Below are positions 1-9,148 of a stretch of 64,000 nucleotides of DNA, one piece after another. The notes below the pieces were generated by a model that did no database searches, was not told the origin of the DNA, and worked only from the letters and a program-made list of their open reading frames with translations. The stretch's first letter is position 1. Each line of letters begins with the position of its first letter. A program made the position numbers and the translations under genes. The stretch lies in assembly GCA_965204695.1 (NCBI GenBank), contig OZ242007.1:451859-515858 (forward strand). The letters are read 5' to 3'. Source of the stretch: Arenicellales bacterium (GTDB lineage Bacteria; Pseudomonadota; Gammaproteobacteria; Arenicellales; JAHEKD01).

Positions 1-19
1 CCGCGAGGGCTGGCTTGCC

Positions 20-652
20 GTGTTAGCCTTAATATTTATCGGGTTATACGCATTATGTGTGATATTTTTTGAACATCGAATAGCTCTTTTGGGTTTCATC
101 GGTTCACTCTTATGCTTGATTACCGTTTTTGCTACCTCAATGATATATGCTCAAATGAAATCCGTTCCACGTTGGAATCACTGGACCACTTGTGCATTAT
201 TCCTATTGTTGTCATTGTCAGGTGGTGCAATCTTATCTGGACAATCTCTAATAAGCTTTGCATTACTACTTTTGGCTGGTATTACCCAAATTATTGTGTG
301 GACTAACGGTGATACTCGTTTTGTTGAACGCGGCTCGACAATAGAAACAGCTACCCAACTTGGCCATATTGGCAAAGTCAGATTGTTTGAACCACCTCAC
401 ACAGGTGCCAATTATCTTCTAAAAGAAATGGTCTACCAAGTGGGGCGCAAACACGCACAAAAACTACGTAAAATATCATTTGTGTTAATGTGTGTTGTGC
501 CAGCGGCCATATTATTGTTATTCCCAACTAACTTGTTCACCATTACTCTCGCCGTTTTATTGCATCTCGGTGGCACCTTTATTTCGCGCTGGCTTTTCTT
601 TGCTGAAGCAGAGCATGTTGTTGGGCTTTATTACGGCAAACACAGCCAGTAA
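20..652 (+). CDS. DmsC/YnfH-family membrane anchor subunit of a molybdopterin oxidoreductase, probably 5'-truncated by the window edge
   Basis: The protein is polytopic and hydrophobic. Its C-terminal 'RWLFFAEAEHVVGLYYG' resembles the conserved end of DMSO-reductase anchor-subunit family proteins. The frame is open to the window edge. Confidence 0.45.
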   Translation: MLALIFIGLYALCVIFFEHRIALLGFIGSLLCLITVFATSMIYAQMKSVPRWNHWTTCALFLLLSLSGGAILSGQSLISFALLLLAGITQIIVWTNGDTRFVERGSTIETATQLGHIGKVRLFEPPHTGANYLLKEMVYQVGRKHAQKLRKISFVLMCVVPAAILLLFPTNLFTITLAVLLHLGGTFISRWLFFAEAEHVVGLYYGKHSQ

Positions 653-753
653 CAATCAAAAATCTACTGGTGCTAGAGCACCAAAACTGTCATCGGTAAC
701 GCTAAATTCAAACTTATGATCAGTAGATTGTGGGCACTGAAAAAATCAAAAAA

Positions 754-807
754 GCTGAAGTCTGATTAGTTGGCGCGGGTCCGGGAGATCCTGGTCTGCT
801 AACTTTA
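754..807 (+). pseudogene. Short relic of a CobA/CysG-type uroporphyrinogen-III C-methyltransferase N-terminus
   Basis: Bases 766-807 translate to LVGAGPGDPGLLTL, the signature N-terminal SAM-binding motif of tetrapyrrole methylases. A TGA at 763-765 sits where the conserved Tyr would be, and similarity ends after about 14 codons. The segment is locally GC-rich within an AT-rich spacer. Confidence 0.5.
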
Positions 808-902
808 CTCATATTTGAAGTGGGGAGAATATATTTTTTTCCTTACAGGACATTACCCACACTGATGTAAAAATATATGCTAAGGAAACAGGGTAATTAT
901 CT

Positions 903-1112
903 TCAATCCAATTTAACTTTAACAGGCACATTGGAATCATTAGTTGATCCATCACCAAGCTGACCTCTGCTGTTATCGCCCCAGCATCTAGCTTCCCCTG
1001 TATTTAATCTTGCACAACTGTTGTGGCCCACTAGGCTTATTGCTGTTGCGTTAGAAATACCTTGGACATTTTGGGGAATACCAAAATTATTGACAGTAGA
1101 ACCATTTCCTAA
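903..1112 (-). other. In-frame continuation of the RCC1-repeat gene beyond its TAA stop; it encodes one further RCC1 blade
   Basis: Hand translation directly after TAA (1113-1115) gives LGNGSTVNNFGIPQNVQGISNATAISLVGHNSCARLNTGEARCWGDNSRGQLGDGSTNDSNVPVKVKLD, then TGA at 903-905. The frame is the same and the repeat signature is the same. Confidence 0.8.
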
Positions 1113-2567
1113 TTACCCATCACCATTTGCACCCCAGCATTTAACAATACCTGAGTTTAGCAACGCACAAGTATGAGGATTACCAGATGCGACTGATTTA
1201 GCCGTTGATAGACCGATAACGGGAACCGGTGTACTGGAACTTACAAAAGTATTATTACCAAGTTGTCGACTATTATTATTTCCCCAGCAATTTATAGTTC
1301 CGTTCGTAAGAGAAGCACAGCTATGCGCCGTTCCTGTGCTTATGGACTTAGCTCCAGTTAATCCCGTCACCAAAACAGGTATATTCGAATGCGTGCTTGT
1401 TCCATTACCTAACCTACCGCTACCATTGTTACCCCAGCATTGGACAGCAGTACCCACTATCGCACAGGTATGTCCACCAGATGCACTAACCTCAGTAGCA
1501 GTTGTAATATTGGACACGATCTTGGGTGTATTTGAAGATGTGTTGTTTCCAATCCCGAGTTGACCAGAGCTATTTATACCCCAACATTTTATCTCTCCAT
1601 TTCTTAATACAACGCACGTATGATTGCCGCCAGCATCAATTTGAATCGCGTTGTCTATACCAACTACATTAACGGGGATATTGGATGAGGTGTTATTACC
1701 ATTTCCCAGTTGACCGTATCTATTGTAGCCCCAGCACTTTACTTGTCCATTATTAACAATCGCGCACCCATGATTATTATATGTTGATAAATCTGTAGCA
1801 TTGTTTATTCCCAAGACTTTAACGGCTGAACTGGAATCATTATTAGTTCCATTTCCTAACTGACCGAAATTATTTTTACCCCAACATTTGACAGTACCGT
1901 TAGATAATCTTGCGCATCTACCGACGCTTATTTCATCAACTGTAATATCTTCATCCAACAATGTCATGGCGAGCATGGGGATAATGCTTGAATTATTAGA
2001 ATTTAAATATTCTAATATCTTAGTTTCTGGATTTAGTGTTGTTAATGCACCGCAAGCAGGACTAGCCTTGCTACCGTTTCTAACTTCGAGATGGACATGC
2101 TCTGCTCCTGGCACTCCAGTATCTCCTTGAATCCCAAGATAATCCCCGACAGTCACTTCATCATTCACAGAAACAGCAACTTTTCTAGCATGTAAATACA
2201 AAACAGTTATATTCTTGTCGGAATCGTAAATAGCGATAGTCTTGTTACTATCAATTCCTGCGGAAATTACTTTGCCTTTCGATACAGCATAAAATTTCCT
2301 ATTTGCAGTTGCTGCTCCAGCAACATCTTTAGTTTGGATATCTAAACCAGAATGACCATTAATGTACCCATCACACATTCCGGTATTGTTAGGAGTAGCT
2401 TTCCAAATGTTGTAATCAAAATTAGCACCAATATTTGCCTTTCTGATATTTTCTATTTTTATTTTAAAAAGAGCAGATGCAATGATGGCTCTATCATTTG
2501 TATCAGCGAGAACAATATTGAAAAACCCCGACATTAGTATACCGGCTAACAACATAAGGATTTTCAT
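1113..2567 (-). CDS. Secreted M23 (LytM-type) metallopeptidase fused to an RCC1-repeat beta-propeller, ended by a premature TAA
   Basis: The N-terminal signal peptide is MKILMLLAGILMSGFFNIVLA. The M23 motifs HSGLD (HxxxD) and EHVHLEV (HxH) are present. About seven repeats of the RCC1 pattern 'CWG.N..GQLG.G' follow. Confidence 0.8.
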   Translation of the reverse strand: MKILMLLAGILMSGFFNIVLADTNDRAIIASALFKIKIENIRKANIGANFDYNIWKATPNNTGMCDGYINGHSGLDIQTKDVAGAATANRKFYAVSKGKVISAGIDSNKTIAIYDSDKNITVLYLHARKVAVSVNDEVTVGDYLGIQGDTGVPGAEHVHLEVRNGSKASPACGALTTLNPETKILEYLNSNNSSIIPMLAMTLLDEDITVDEISVGRCARLSNGTVKCWGKNNFGQLGNGTNNDSSSAVKVLGINNATDLSTYNNHGCAIVNNGQVKCWGYNRYGQLGNGNNTSSNIPVNVVGIDNAIQIDAGGNHTCVVLRNGEIKCWGINSSGQLGIGNNTSSNTPKIVSNITTATEVSASGGHTCAIVGTAVQCWGNNGSGRLGNGTSTHSNIPVLVTGLTGAKSISTGTAHSCASLTNGTINCWGNNNSRQLGNNTFVSSSTPVPVIGLSTAKSVASGNPHTCALLNSGIVKCWGANGDG

Positions 2568-2809
2568 CTTCGTAACCGCCCCTTAATATCTGTATTTAAC
2601 TGTCTACTTTTATAAAGTGTAATAGATTTGTCCTTGAAACATCAGTAATTTTTACTATTGATAGTTTTGACACCCCTTTCAATGTCACCAGAACTTTACT
2701 TTGGAGTGATTCCTTTGCTTCAAGTCGTATTGTTTCTTTTGTGAGTAGTGATATGCACCACTAATGGTTTACCAACGACTAGGCACAATTCTCGATCCGG
2801 TTAAGGCAC

Positions 2810-3391
2810 TCAAATAGATTTAGTGCTTTTTTGGGGAATCGTTAAAGAAAAAGGTTTTTCAATATAGATAAATAAAAATGTTGATGAGATTAAAGTAACT
2901 GCAAATGTCAATGGCAGTGCTACCCAAAACAGCCAATCATCAGCATTGGCGGGTGGACATATGATAGACAACATTAAGAATATAAATTTTAATGTTAGAC
3001 CATGGATAAGATAATAAGAATAACTCATGTTTCCTAACCACCTGATCGGTTTGAATTCAAACAATTTTTTGGTCAACCCATCAGATAAAAAGCAGTCTGT
3101 ACAAAATACAAAAAATAGCACATATAGCAAGACATATCGCCAGAAGTTATGCGCTTCAAAAACGTTTAATAGTATGACTAAGATAATTGCTATACATAAT
3201 GCAGCAAGTCCAATTGGCGGCATTTTGTACATTTTTTTATTTTCTGTAAATTCAAAGACTAAGATGCCTGAGAGAAACATTAATAAACGAATGTGACTGC
3301 CATAAATTGAAAAATAGATAAAAAACACTAAAGAGATGCAAGAAAACAGGGCAAAACGCATCTCCCATTTCCATGATCTCAATTTAAACAA
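2810..3391 (-). CDS. Acyltransferase family 3 (OafA/YrhL-like O-acyltransferase), C-terminal fragment
   Basis: The product is a multi-TM hydrophobic protein. Its frame continues upstream as 'VFYYLLIPVAIGLFKL', which completes the acyltransferase_3 'W(S/T)LS.E..FY' motif begun in ORF 3400-3912. Confidence 0.6.
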   Translation of the reverse strand: MFKLRSWKWEMRFALFSCISLVFFIYFSIYGSHIRLLMFLSGILVFEFTENKKMYKMPPIGLAALCIAIILVILLNVFEAHNFWRYVLLYVLFFVFCTDCFLSDGLTKKLFEFKPIRWLGNMSYSYYLIHGLTLKFIFLMLSIICPPANADDWLFWVALPLTFAVTLISSTFLFIYIEKPFSLTIPQKSTKSI

Positions 3392-3399
3392 ACCTATGG

Positions 3400-3912
3400 C
3401 TACAGGAATAAGAAGATAATAAAAAACTCATAACTCAATGTCCATGCCACTGTAATTATCGCCTTGATGTCAAATAATCCAGGCAGCAACAAATAATTCT
3501 GTAAAATATAAATTAGCCCATCTAAGCCATCTGGAATTTTCGATTCAGCGGGAAAAATAAACGATAACAGTAGATAAATAGCAAATACAGCCGTAAAGGT
3601 CGGATAAATACGCTGAATTCGTCTTTTAATATAAAAATGATAATTCTGTGACTTCCTTATCAGAATTCCATAAATCAAATAGCCACTCAATACGAAGAAT
3701 AAGTCAACACCAATTTTCCCAACATTTGCGAACTGATTTAAGATCATCTTTGTCACAGAGGCATCACTGATCCAAGGCTCAACCAATGATGCGAAATGGA
3801 CTAAAAATACAAGGAATACTGCAAAGCCCCGAATTCCCTCCATGGACAATATGTTTTGTTTGTCAGCACGGGATATTTCAAATGCTTGTTTTAACCATGA
3901 TGCCCGATTCAT
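3400..3912 (-). CDS. Acyltransferase family 3, N-terminal fragment, separated from its C-terminal part by a frameshift in an A6/T6 run
   Basis: 'EGIRGFAVFLVFLVHF' and 'VDLFFVLSGYLI' are typical acyltransferase_3 N-terminal motifs. The ORF ends inside 'WTLSYEFF' at the homopolymer 3421-3426. Confidence 0.65.
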   Translation of the reverse strand: MNRASWLKQAFEISRADKQNILSMEGIRGFAVFLVFLVHFASLVEPWISDASVTKMILNQFANVGKIGVDLFFVLSGYLIYGILIRKSQNYHFYIKRRIQRIYPTFTAVFAIYLLLSFIFPAESKIPDGLDGLIYILQNYLLLPGLFDIKAIITVAWTLSYEFFIIFLFL

Positions 3913-4352
3913 TTTAAGCCGCTTGTTCTAATTCAACTTCAAGTTTATACGGCAACAATGTTTCTATTTGTTCAGTTGGCAATGACCCTGTGCCGAGATT
4001 CACGGTTTGAATATTATCATATCAACCCTCTGAAAGACCTACAAATAAAGGGGTTGATCGATATTTAATCCGCTTTTCAGCGACGGTTTAAAGGCTGGAG
4101 CAGCTGTAGTAAGGTGGGATAGTATGCCCCTGAACCAGAGTTAACTCATATCCGTCTTCAGCCATTGGGCCTGCTGAGCATTGAGTTGAACATCATACCT
4201 ATCAGCAAATGATGCGGCCAATTAAACCGCTCTTTCTCTATACGATTCATCAGTAATATGAACCCATTGCCATCACAGACTACCAACTTAATAATTGTTC
4301 AGAGTAAGAGTTTTATGCATAACATACTAATCTGAAGATAGTGGACAGAGTG

Positions 4353-5105
4353 CTAGGCTAATGGATAAATTTCAATTCCACAGGCCTGTTGAACCACTCT
4401 GGCATTAATATCGAAAATCGACTTTATATTTTCCTGTGTCAGCACCTGTTCGGGCCTACCGTTATAAATAACTTTGCCTTTACACATTAAATATATGAAA
4501 TCACAGTATTTTGCTGCCAAGTTTAAATCATGAAGGATCACTCCAACACACGTGCCGTCGCTGGCTTGGTTACGTAATAACTCCATAATTTCAAATTGGT
4601 ATTTCAAATCCAGAGAAGCGATGGGTTCATCAACTAGCAGATGATCAGCCTGTACAATTAGAGCACGTGCAAGCAGCACCCTGGCCCGTTCACCACCTGA
4701 CAATGAATTGAAAGTTCTTGTAGCTAAGTCTTGAATACCAACCTGCTGCATTACCTGTCTAACTACTTCCTCATCATTTTCAGGTGAATTGTCTGCACTA
4801 TCTCTGTGAGGAAAGCGCCCCAACCTTACCAATTGCTCTACACTCAAAGGCCAATGTACAAATGAATATTGCTCCAAGTAAGCAATTCGCCTCGCACGTT
4901 CTGTTGACTTGAATGAATCAAATGACTTTCCATCTATAATAAGTTGACCGGATTCTGGCTTTAACAGACCTGCCAAAATCTTTAATAAAGTGGTTTTCCC
5001 AGCGCCATTGGGTCCGATAATACCTATTAGTTTTCCCGCCTCAAGATTGACATTCACATCGTCTAAAACGGGGACAGAACAAGTTATAGATTTAGCTTCA
5101 ATCAT
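4353..5105 (-). CDS. ABC transporter ATP-binding protein of the FecE/BtuD/HmuV type
   Basis: Walker A 'GPNGAGKTT', signature 'LSGGERARV' and Walker B 'LLVDEP' are present. It is the last gene of the riboswitch-controlled uptake operon. Confidence 0.85.
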   Translation of the reverse strand: MIEAKSITCSVPVLDDVNVNLEAGKLIGIIGPNGAGKTTLLKILAGLLKPESGQLIIDGKSFDSFKSTERARRIAYLEQYSFVHWPLSVEQLVRLGRFPHRDSADNSPENDEEVVRQVMQQVGIQDLATRTFNSLSGGERARVLLARALIVQADHLLVDEPIASLDLKYQFEIMELLRNQASDGTCVGVILHDLNLAAKYCDFIYLMCKGKVIYNGRPEQVLTQENIKSIFDINARVVQQACGIEIYPLA

Positions 5106-6091
5106 TAAAATAACTCTTTGCGGTGTTTAATGATTAAAGCAATAAAAAATGGACCACCGATAATGGAAGTCAAAATTCCAATTCTCAATTCCTGACCAGT
5201 GGAAATCACCCTGACAAAAATATCTGCAAGGACTAGTAATATTGCTCCCAACAATGCGCTTGGCACAAGGAGTCTGGAGGGAAGATAGCCGGTGAATGGT
5301 CTAAGAATATGGGGTACAACAAGACCAATGAAACCAATAATCCCGGTAACCGGGATAACTGCTCCAATGGCCAATGACAAACCCATCACAATATAAATCC
5401 GTAGTTTCTGAATATTCACTCCCAGTGAGTTTGCGGTTTCTTCGCCAAAAGTCAGCACATCCAAAGCCTGGCTATTTTTTAGCAATAAATACCAACCTAA
5501 GATCAAGGGAACAATCATAATCAATAGATCAGTAAGTGAAGCATTAGACAACGAACCCTGCATCCATAAATACAAATCACGCACCGCCCAAGGGCTTGGA
5601 GCAAGATTAAGTAACAAAGCCATAGCCGAAGCACAAACTGTATTTATCGCCACACCGGCTAAAATCAGGACTGTAATGCTGGCATTACTACCCGCCATCA
5701 ATAACACCAATATCAGGGCTGTAAAAGAACCTAACATTCCAGCTAATGGCAGCATATAAGCTGAACGAACACCGAAATATAACAAGATAACTGAAAACAG
5801 TGCCGCACCACTGGCATTGCCTAGCAAGCCAGGACTTGCCAAAGGATTGCGCATATACCCTTGCATCACGGCACCAGCCAAACCCAGTGTTGCCCCAGCT
5901 AAAACAGCAAGCAAGGATCTTGGTAATCTTATTTCCCAAAAAATCAATGAATGAGGTGTCGCTGTCTTATCATTAGAAAATATCTGAGCTAATTCCAAAT
6001 CTATTGGCCCTATCCATAGCGACACAAAAAAAACAATGGCCAGTACGATTATTAAAGCGGAAATTAATGTACTTTGGCGTAAGCTTTTCAT
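5105..6091 (-). CDS. FecCD/BtuC-family ABC permease
   Basis: The 328-aa polytopic protein has a FecCD-type sequence (for example 'LAGATLGLAGAVMQ' and 'GIIGFIGLVVPHILR'). Its stop and start overlap the ATPase gene. Confidence 0.85.
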   Translation of the reverse strand: MKSLRQSTLISALIIVLAIVFFVSLWIGPIDLELAQIFSNDKTATPHSLIFWEIRLPRSLLAVLAGATLGLAGAVMQGYMRNPLASPGLLGNASGAALFSVILLYFGVRSAYMLPLAGMLGSFTALILVLLMAGSNASITVLILAGVAINTVCASAMALLLNLAPSPWAVRDLYLWMQGSLSNASLTDLLIMIVPLILGWYLLLKNSQALDVLTFGEETANSLGVNIQKLRIYIVMGLSLAIGAVIPVTGIIGFIGLVVPHILRPFTGYLPSRLLVPSALLGAILLVLADIFVRVISTGQELRIGILTSIIGGPFFIALIIKHRKELF

Positions 6092-6093
6092 TA

Positions 6094-6879
6094 TTACATT
6101 AATCTTTTGGCCGCCTGTACCAATGCTGTGTCACCGCAAATCCACTCTCGTGTAGGCACATAATAAATTTTAACTTGCGCACTTAAATGTTTGAGTACCG
6201 GGTGATCTAGCACAGCTTGTGCCCGTGAATAATCATTAGAATACTTATTTAGAATAATGGCTTCTGGCTCTAAATCTATCGCTTGCTCTATCGATATCTG
6301 ACCATAATCACTAACACGTGCTTCTGATGCGATATTCTTAAAACCTAATAATTCAATCAAATGACTGCCTAGAGAATTTTCACCGCTAATGTAATTATTA
6401 GCGCCTAAAATAATTGTCCTGTTGAGAGGACGCAACACGGTCGCTTTGGTAATACCAGCCAGTTGCTCTACAAGGCTTGTCCCCCTTTTTTCTTGTCCAA
6501 TAAGCTTGGCAACGGTTTGTATATTAGATTTTGCATCGTCAATGGTTCTGGCAGCGGATAACTGCTTTACATCTTTGCCGTATTGTCTGAGACGATTAAT
6601 AACTCTGGAATCATCAAATTCACTGGCAAAAATATAATCCACATCAAGAGCCAGCATTTCCTCAAGTCGGCCATGATTCAGAGGAATATCTGCTGCAGCT
6701 GTCTTGATCATGGAATGCGGATCGACAGCAACATAACTCAGAGAGCGGATTTGTTCTGGATCGGCTAGTGCTAAAACCAGCCGATCCGTACATAGATTCA
6801 TTGAGGCTACTGTGGGTTTGTCTTGTGCTACAACAAAACTTGAAAACAAGACAAATAGTAGTCTAATAATTTTAATCAA
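6094..6879 (-). CDS. Periplasmic substrate-binding protein for B12, haem or siderophore (BtuF-like)
   Basis: It has a signal peptide, is about 260 aa and is positioned between the TonB-dependent receptor and the FecCD permease. Confidence 0.7.
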   Translation of the reverse strand: MIKIIRLLFVLFSSFVVAQDKPTVASMNLCTDRLVLALADPEQIRSLSYVAVDPHSMIKTAAADIPLNHGRLEEMLALDVDYIFASEFDDSRVINRLRQYGKDVKQLSAARTIDDAKSNIQTVAKLIGQEKRGTSLVEQLAGITKATVLRPLNRTIILGANNYISGENSLGSHLIELLGFKNIASEARVSDYGQISIEQAIDLEPEAIILNKYSNDYSRAQAVLDHPVLKHLSAQVKIYYVPTREWICGDTALVQAAKRLM

Positions 6880-6888
6880 ATAAGAGAT

Positions 6889-8787
6889 TTAAAATTCACC
6901 ACTTAAACCAATAAAGTAAGCGCGCTCAGGTGTGTTATAACCTAGCACTTCCTGATATTCCTCATCGAATACATTGTCGACTCGAGCTTTGACAGATATC
7001 AACTCATTAATACGATATCGAGCAGCTATATCGATAACCGTATAATCATCTAGCTCAACCATACTGGTGCTGAAATCCTCATTAAATGCGGTATCAACGC
7101 GATCTTTGACATGGCGAAGATTAGCACCAACCTTCAGTGCATTAGCAAGCATTGAATAATCAAGACCTGCTGAGAATTGATGCTCAGGACGTCTGACTAA
7201 CTGATTGCCCTGGTCGTCCTCAGTATCATTGTAGGTATAAGAGGCATTAAAACCAAAATTATCGGTTAGATCACTTTGGTAAGTCACTTCCACACCTTTA
7301 CTAGAACTTTCTCCATCAATATTGATTGCTGTATCGCCACTACCTGTAATGAGGTCTTCTATATCACGATGGAAATACGTAATGTCAAAAAATTGACGTC
7401 CGTCATCGCTGATATATTCAACACCGATATCGCCACCGTGACTTTCTTCAGGGCTTAGGTTTTCATTACCAGTAAAGTCTGGTGTAAACCCAAATAACTC
7501 AACTAAAGTAGGGTTTTTAATACCTGTACCATAGCTTGTATGTAATCGCATGTTTGGTGAAAACTTCCATGAACCAGCTAAACGCCAGGTTGTTTTGCTA
7601 TCAAATAAATCATTATCATCATAACGAACATTGGCCGCAGCAGCAAAATCAGAGTTATTAAAGCGATATTCACCAACCACACTGTCATTGTCGATTTCAC
7701 GATTGCCACTAAACGTTGAATTGAGTTTATCCTCTTCGGTTTCCAGGACAAAAGAAACACCTTGTTCGGATGATCCGCTATTCCAGCCATAATCAAGCTG
7801 ATAGCCATAATGATTACGTTCACCTTTTGAATCAGTTTTACCAAAGGAACTAAAGAAATCTATGTCACTCTGATTTTTAAAATACTTAAGCGTATGATTC
7901 AATGCCCCACCCAACTGAGCATAACTCCCTTGTAACAGGTAATACTGTTGATCACCGTCAGAACGATCTTCTATACCATCAACTGGAATAGTGGTGAAAT
8001 TATCAAAATCACTTTCAAAATCTGTGTATCTCACAACACCATCAAAGCGTAGATTTGCAATGGGATTAAAACCAAATTTAAAATGAGCTGTGGTATTTTC
8101 GTAAGCATCATCCTCACTATTCCCACCTGTCGTCAACGTGCTTCCATCAGGCAATGTGTAATTAAATACGGTGTCATCTGCTGAGGAAATACCGTCTGTG
8201 TCATAACGCTGAACAGACAATGCATAGTCGACTACCCCCGTATCACCACGCGTTCCGACTGCCCCATTTTTAGTACTAAAGCTACCGTACTCAGCGCTTA
8301 CTGAATATTCTGGATTATCTAGGCCACTTCCAGATTTAGTAATGATATTAACGACACCGCCAATCGCATCACTGCCCCAAAGTGCACTTTGGGCACCACG
8401 CAATACTTCAATACGTTCTACACTCTCAGCCAATAGATGAGCGAAATCAAAGCCTGAGCTTTGTGACGGATCATTGGCTTCAATTCCGTCAATTAATATC
8501 AAAGTTTGGTCGGCCTCAGCACCGCGCAAGCGAATCTCGCTTAAAGTTCCAGGGCCACCGTTTCGGGCCAGATTTAAACCTGGAACGTCTTGCAAAATAT
8601 CAGCAACAAACTCATAACCTTTTTGCTCGATTTCTTCGCTGTCGATAACTGTAACACTGGTACCAACATTGTCGCGACTAACCGGAACCAATCCACCGGT
8701 GATAACAATCTCAATTGGCTCGGGTTCTTGTGCCTGCACAGCAGGAATTAAAAGTAATAAAGTTGAAAACAGGATGGATTTACGCAT
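6889..8787 (-). CDS. btuB: TonB-dependent outer-membrane receptor, BtuB-like
   Basis: It has a signal peptide, a plug-domain motif 'RLRGAEADQTLILIDG' and a C-terminal aromatic residue (..GLSGEF). A cobalamin riboswitch lies directly upstream. Confidence 0.8.
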   Translation of the reverse strand: MRKSILFSTLLLLIPAVQAQEPEPIEIVITGGLVPVSRDNVGTSVTVIDSEEIEQKGYEFVADILQDVPGLNLARNGGPGTLSEIRLRGAEADQTLILIDGIEANDPSQSSGFDFAHLLAESVERIEVLRGAQSALWGSDAIGGVVNIITKSGSGLDNPEYSVSAEYGSFSTKNGAVGTRGDTGVVDYALSVQRYDTDGISSADDTVFNYTLPDGSTLTTGGNSEDDAYENTTAHFKFGFNPIANLRFDGVVRYTDFESDFDNFTTIPVDGIEDRSDGDQQYYLLQGSYAQLGGALNHTLKYFKNQSDIDFFSSFGKTDSKGERNHYGYQLDYGWNSGSSEQGVSFVLETEEDKLNSTFSGNREIDNDSVVGEYRFNNSDFAAAANVRYDDNDLFDSKTTWRLAGSWKFSPNMRLHTSYGTGIKNPTLVELFGFTPDFTGNENLSPEESHGGDIGVEYISDDGRQFFDITYFHRDIEDLITGSGDTAINIDGESSSKGVEVTYQSDLTDNFGFNASYTYNDTEDDQGNQLVRRPEHQFSAGLDYSMLANALKVGANLRHVKDRVDTAFNEDFSTSMVELDDYTVIDIAARYRINELISVKARVDNVFDEEYQEVLGYNTPERAYFIGLSGEF

Positions 8788-8789
8788 TA

Positions 8790-9066
8790 TTTACATCTCC
8801 CAATGTCAAAAAAACTAACCCACGTAATGTGTTTGACACAATGGTGTGGCACTTTCCGCACCGCCATCGAGGCAGATGTCCCTGGTTTTATATCACTCCG
8901 TACAAACCTGAGCGGCGAGGCATTTGGCAGGTCTCCTGACTTACGATTTTAGTACGACTTAACCTTCCCGGTTTCCCAGTGGTATTTCAAAGTCACACAA
9001 TCGGTTACAGTTGCGGGGACAGTCACGGAATTACACCGTATTCCCTATTAATCTTACGAACCAAAT
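8790..9066 (-). promoter_or_regulatory. Cobalamin (AdoCbl) riboswitch leader of the btuB-like operon
   Basis: The minus strand reads GGTTCG..AATAGGGAATACGGTGTAATTCCGTGACTGTCCCCGCAACTGTAACCG...ATACCACTGGGAAACCGGGAAGG...AGTCAGGAGACCTGCC. The last stretch is the B12 box, at 8926-8940 on the plus strand. A GGGAGA Shine-Dalgarno lies just before the ATG at 8787. Confidence 0.9.
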
Positions 9067-9148
9067 GTGTGTGTAGAGTAACGAAATTATTGTTTATTTG
9101 CAATAATTCAGATGCTTTTTAATGGCTCTAAAACTAATGATAAAACAG

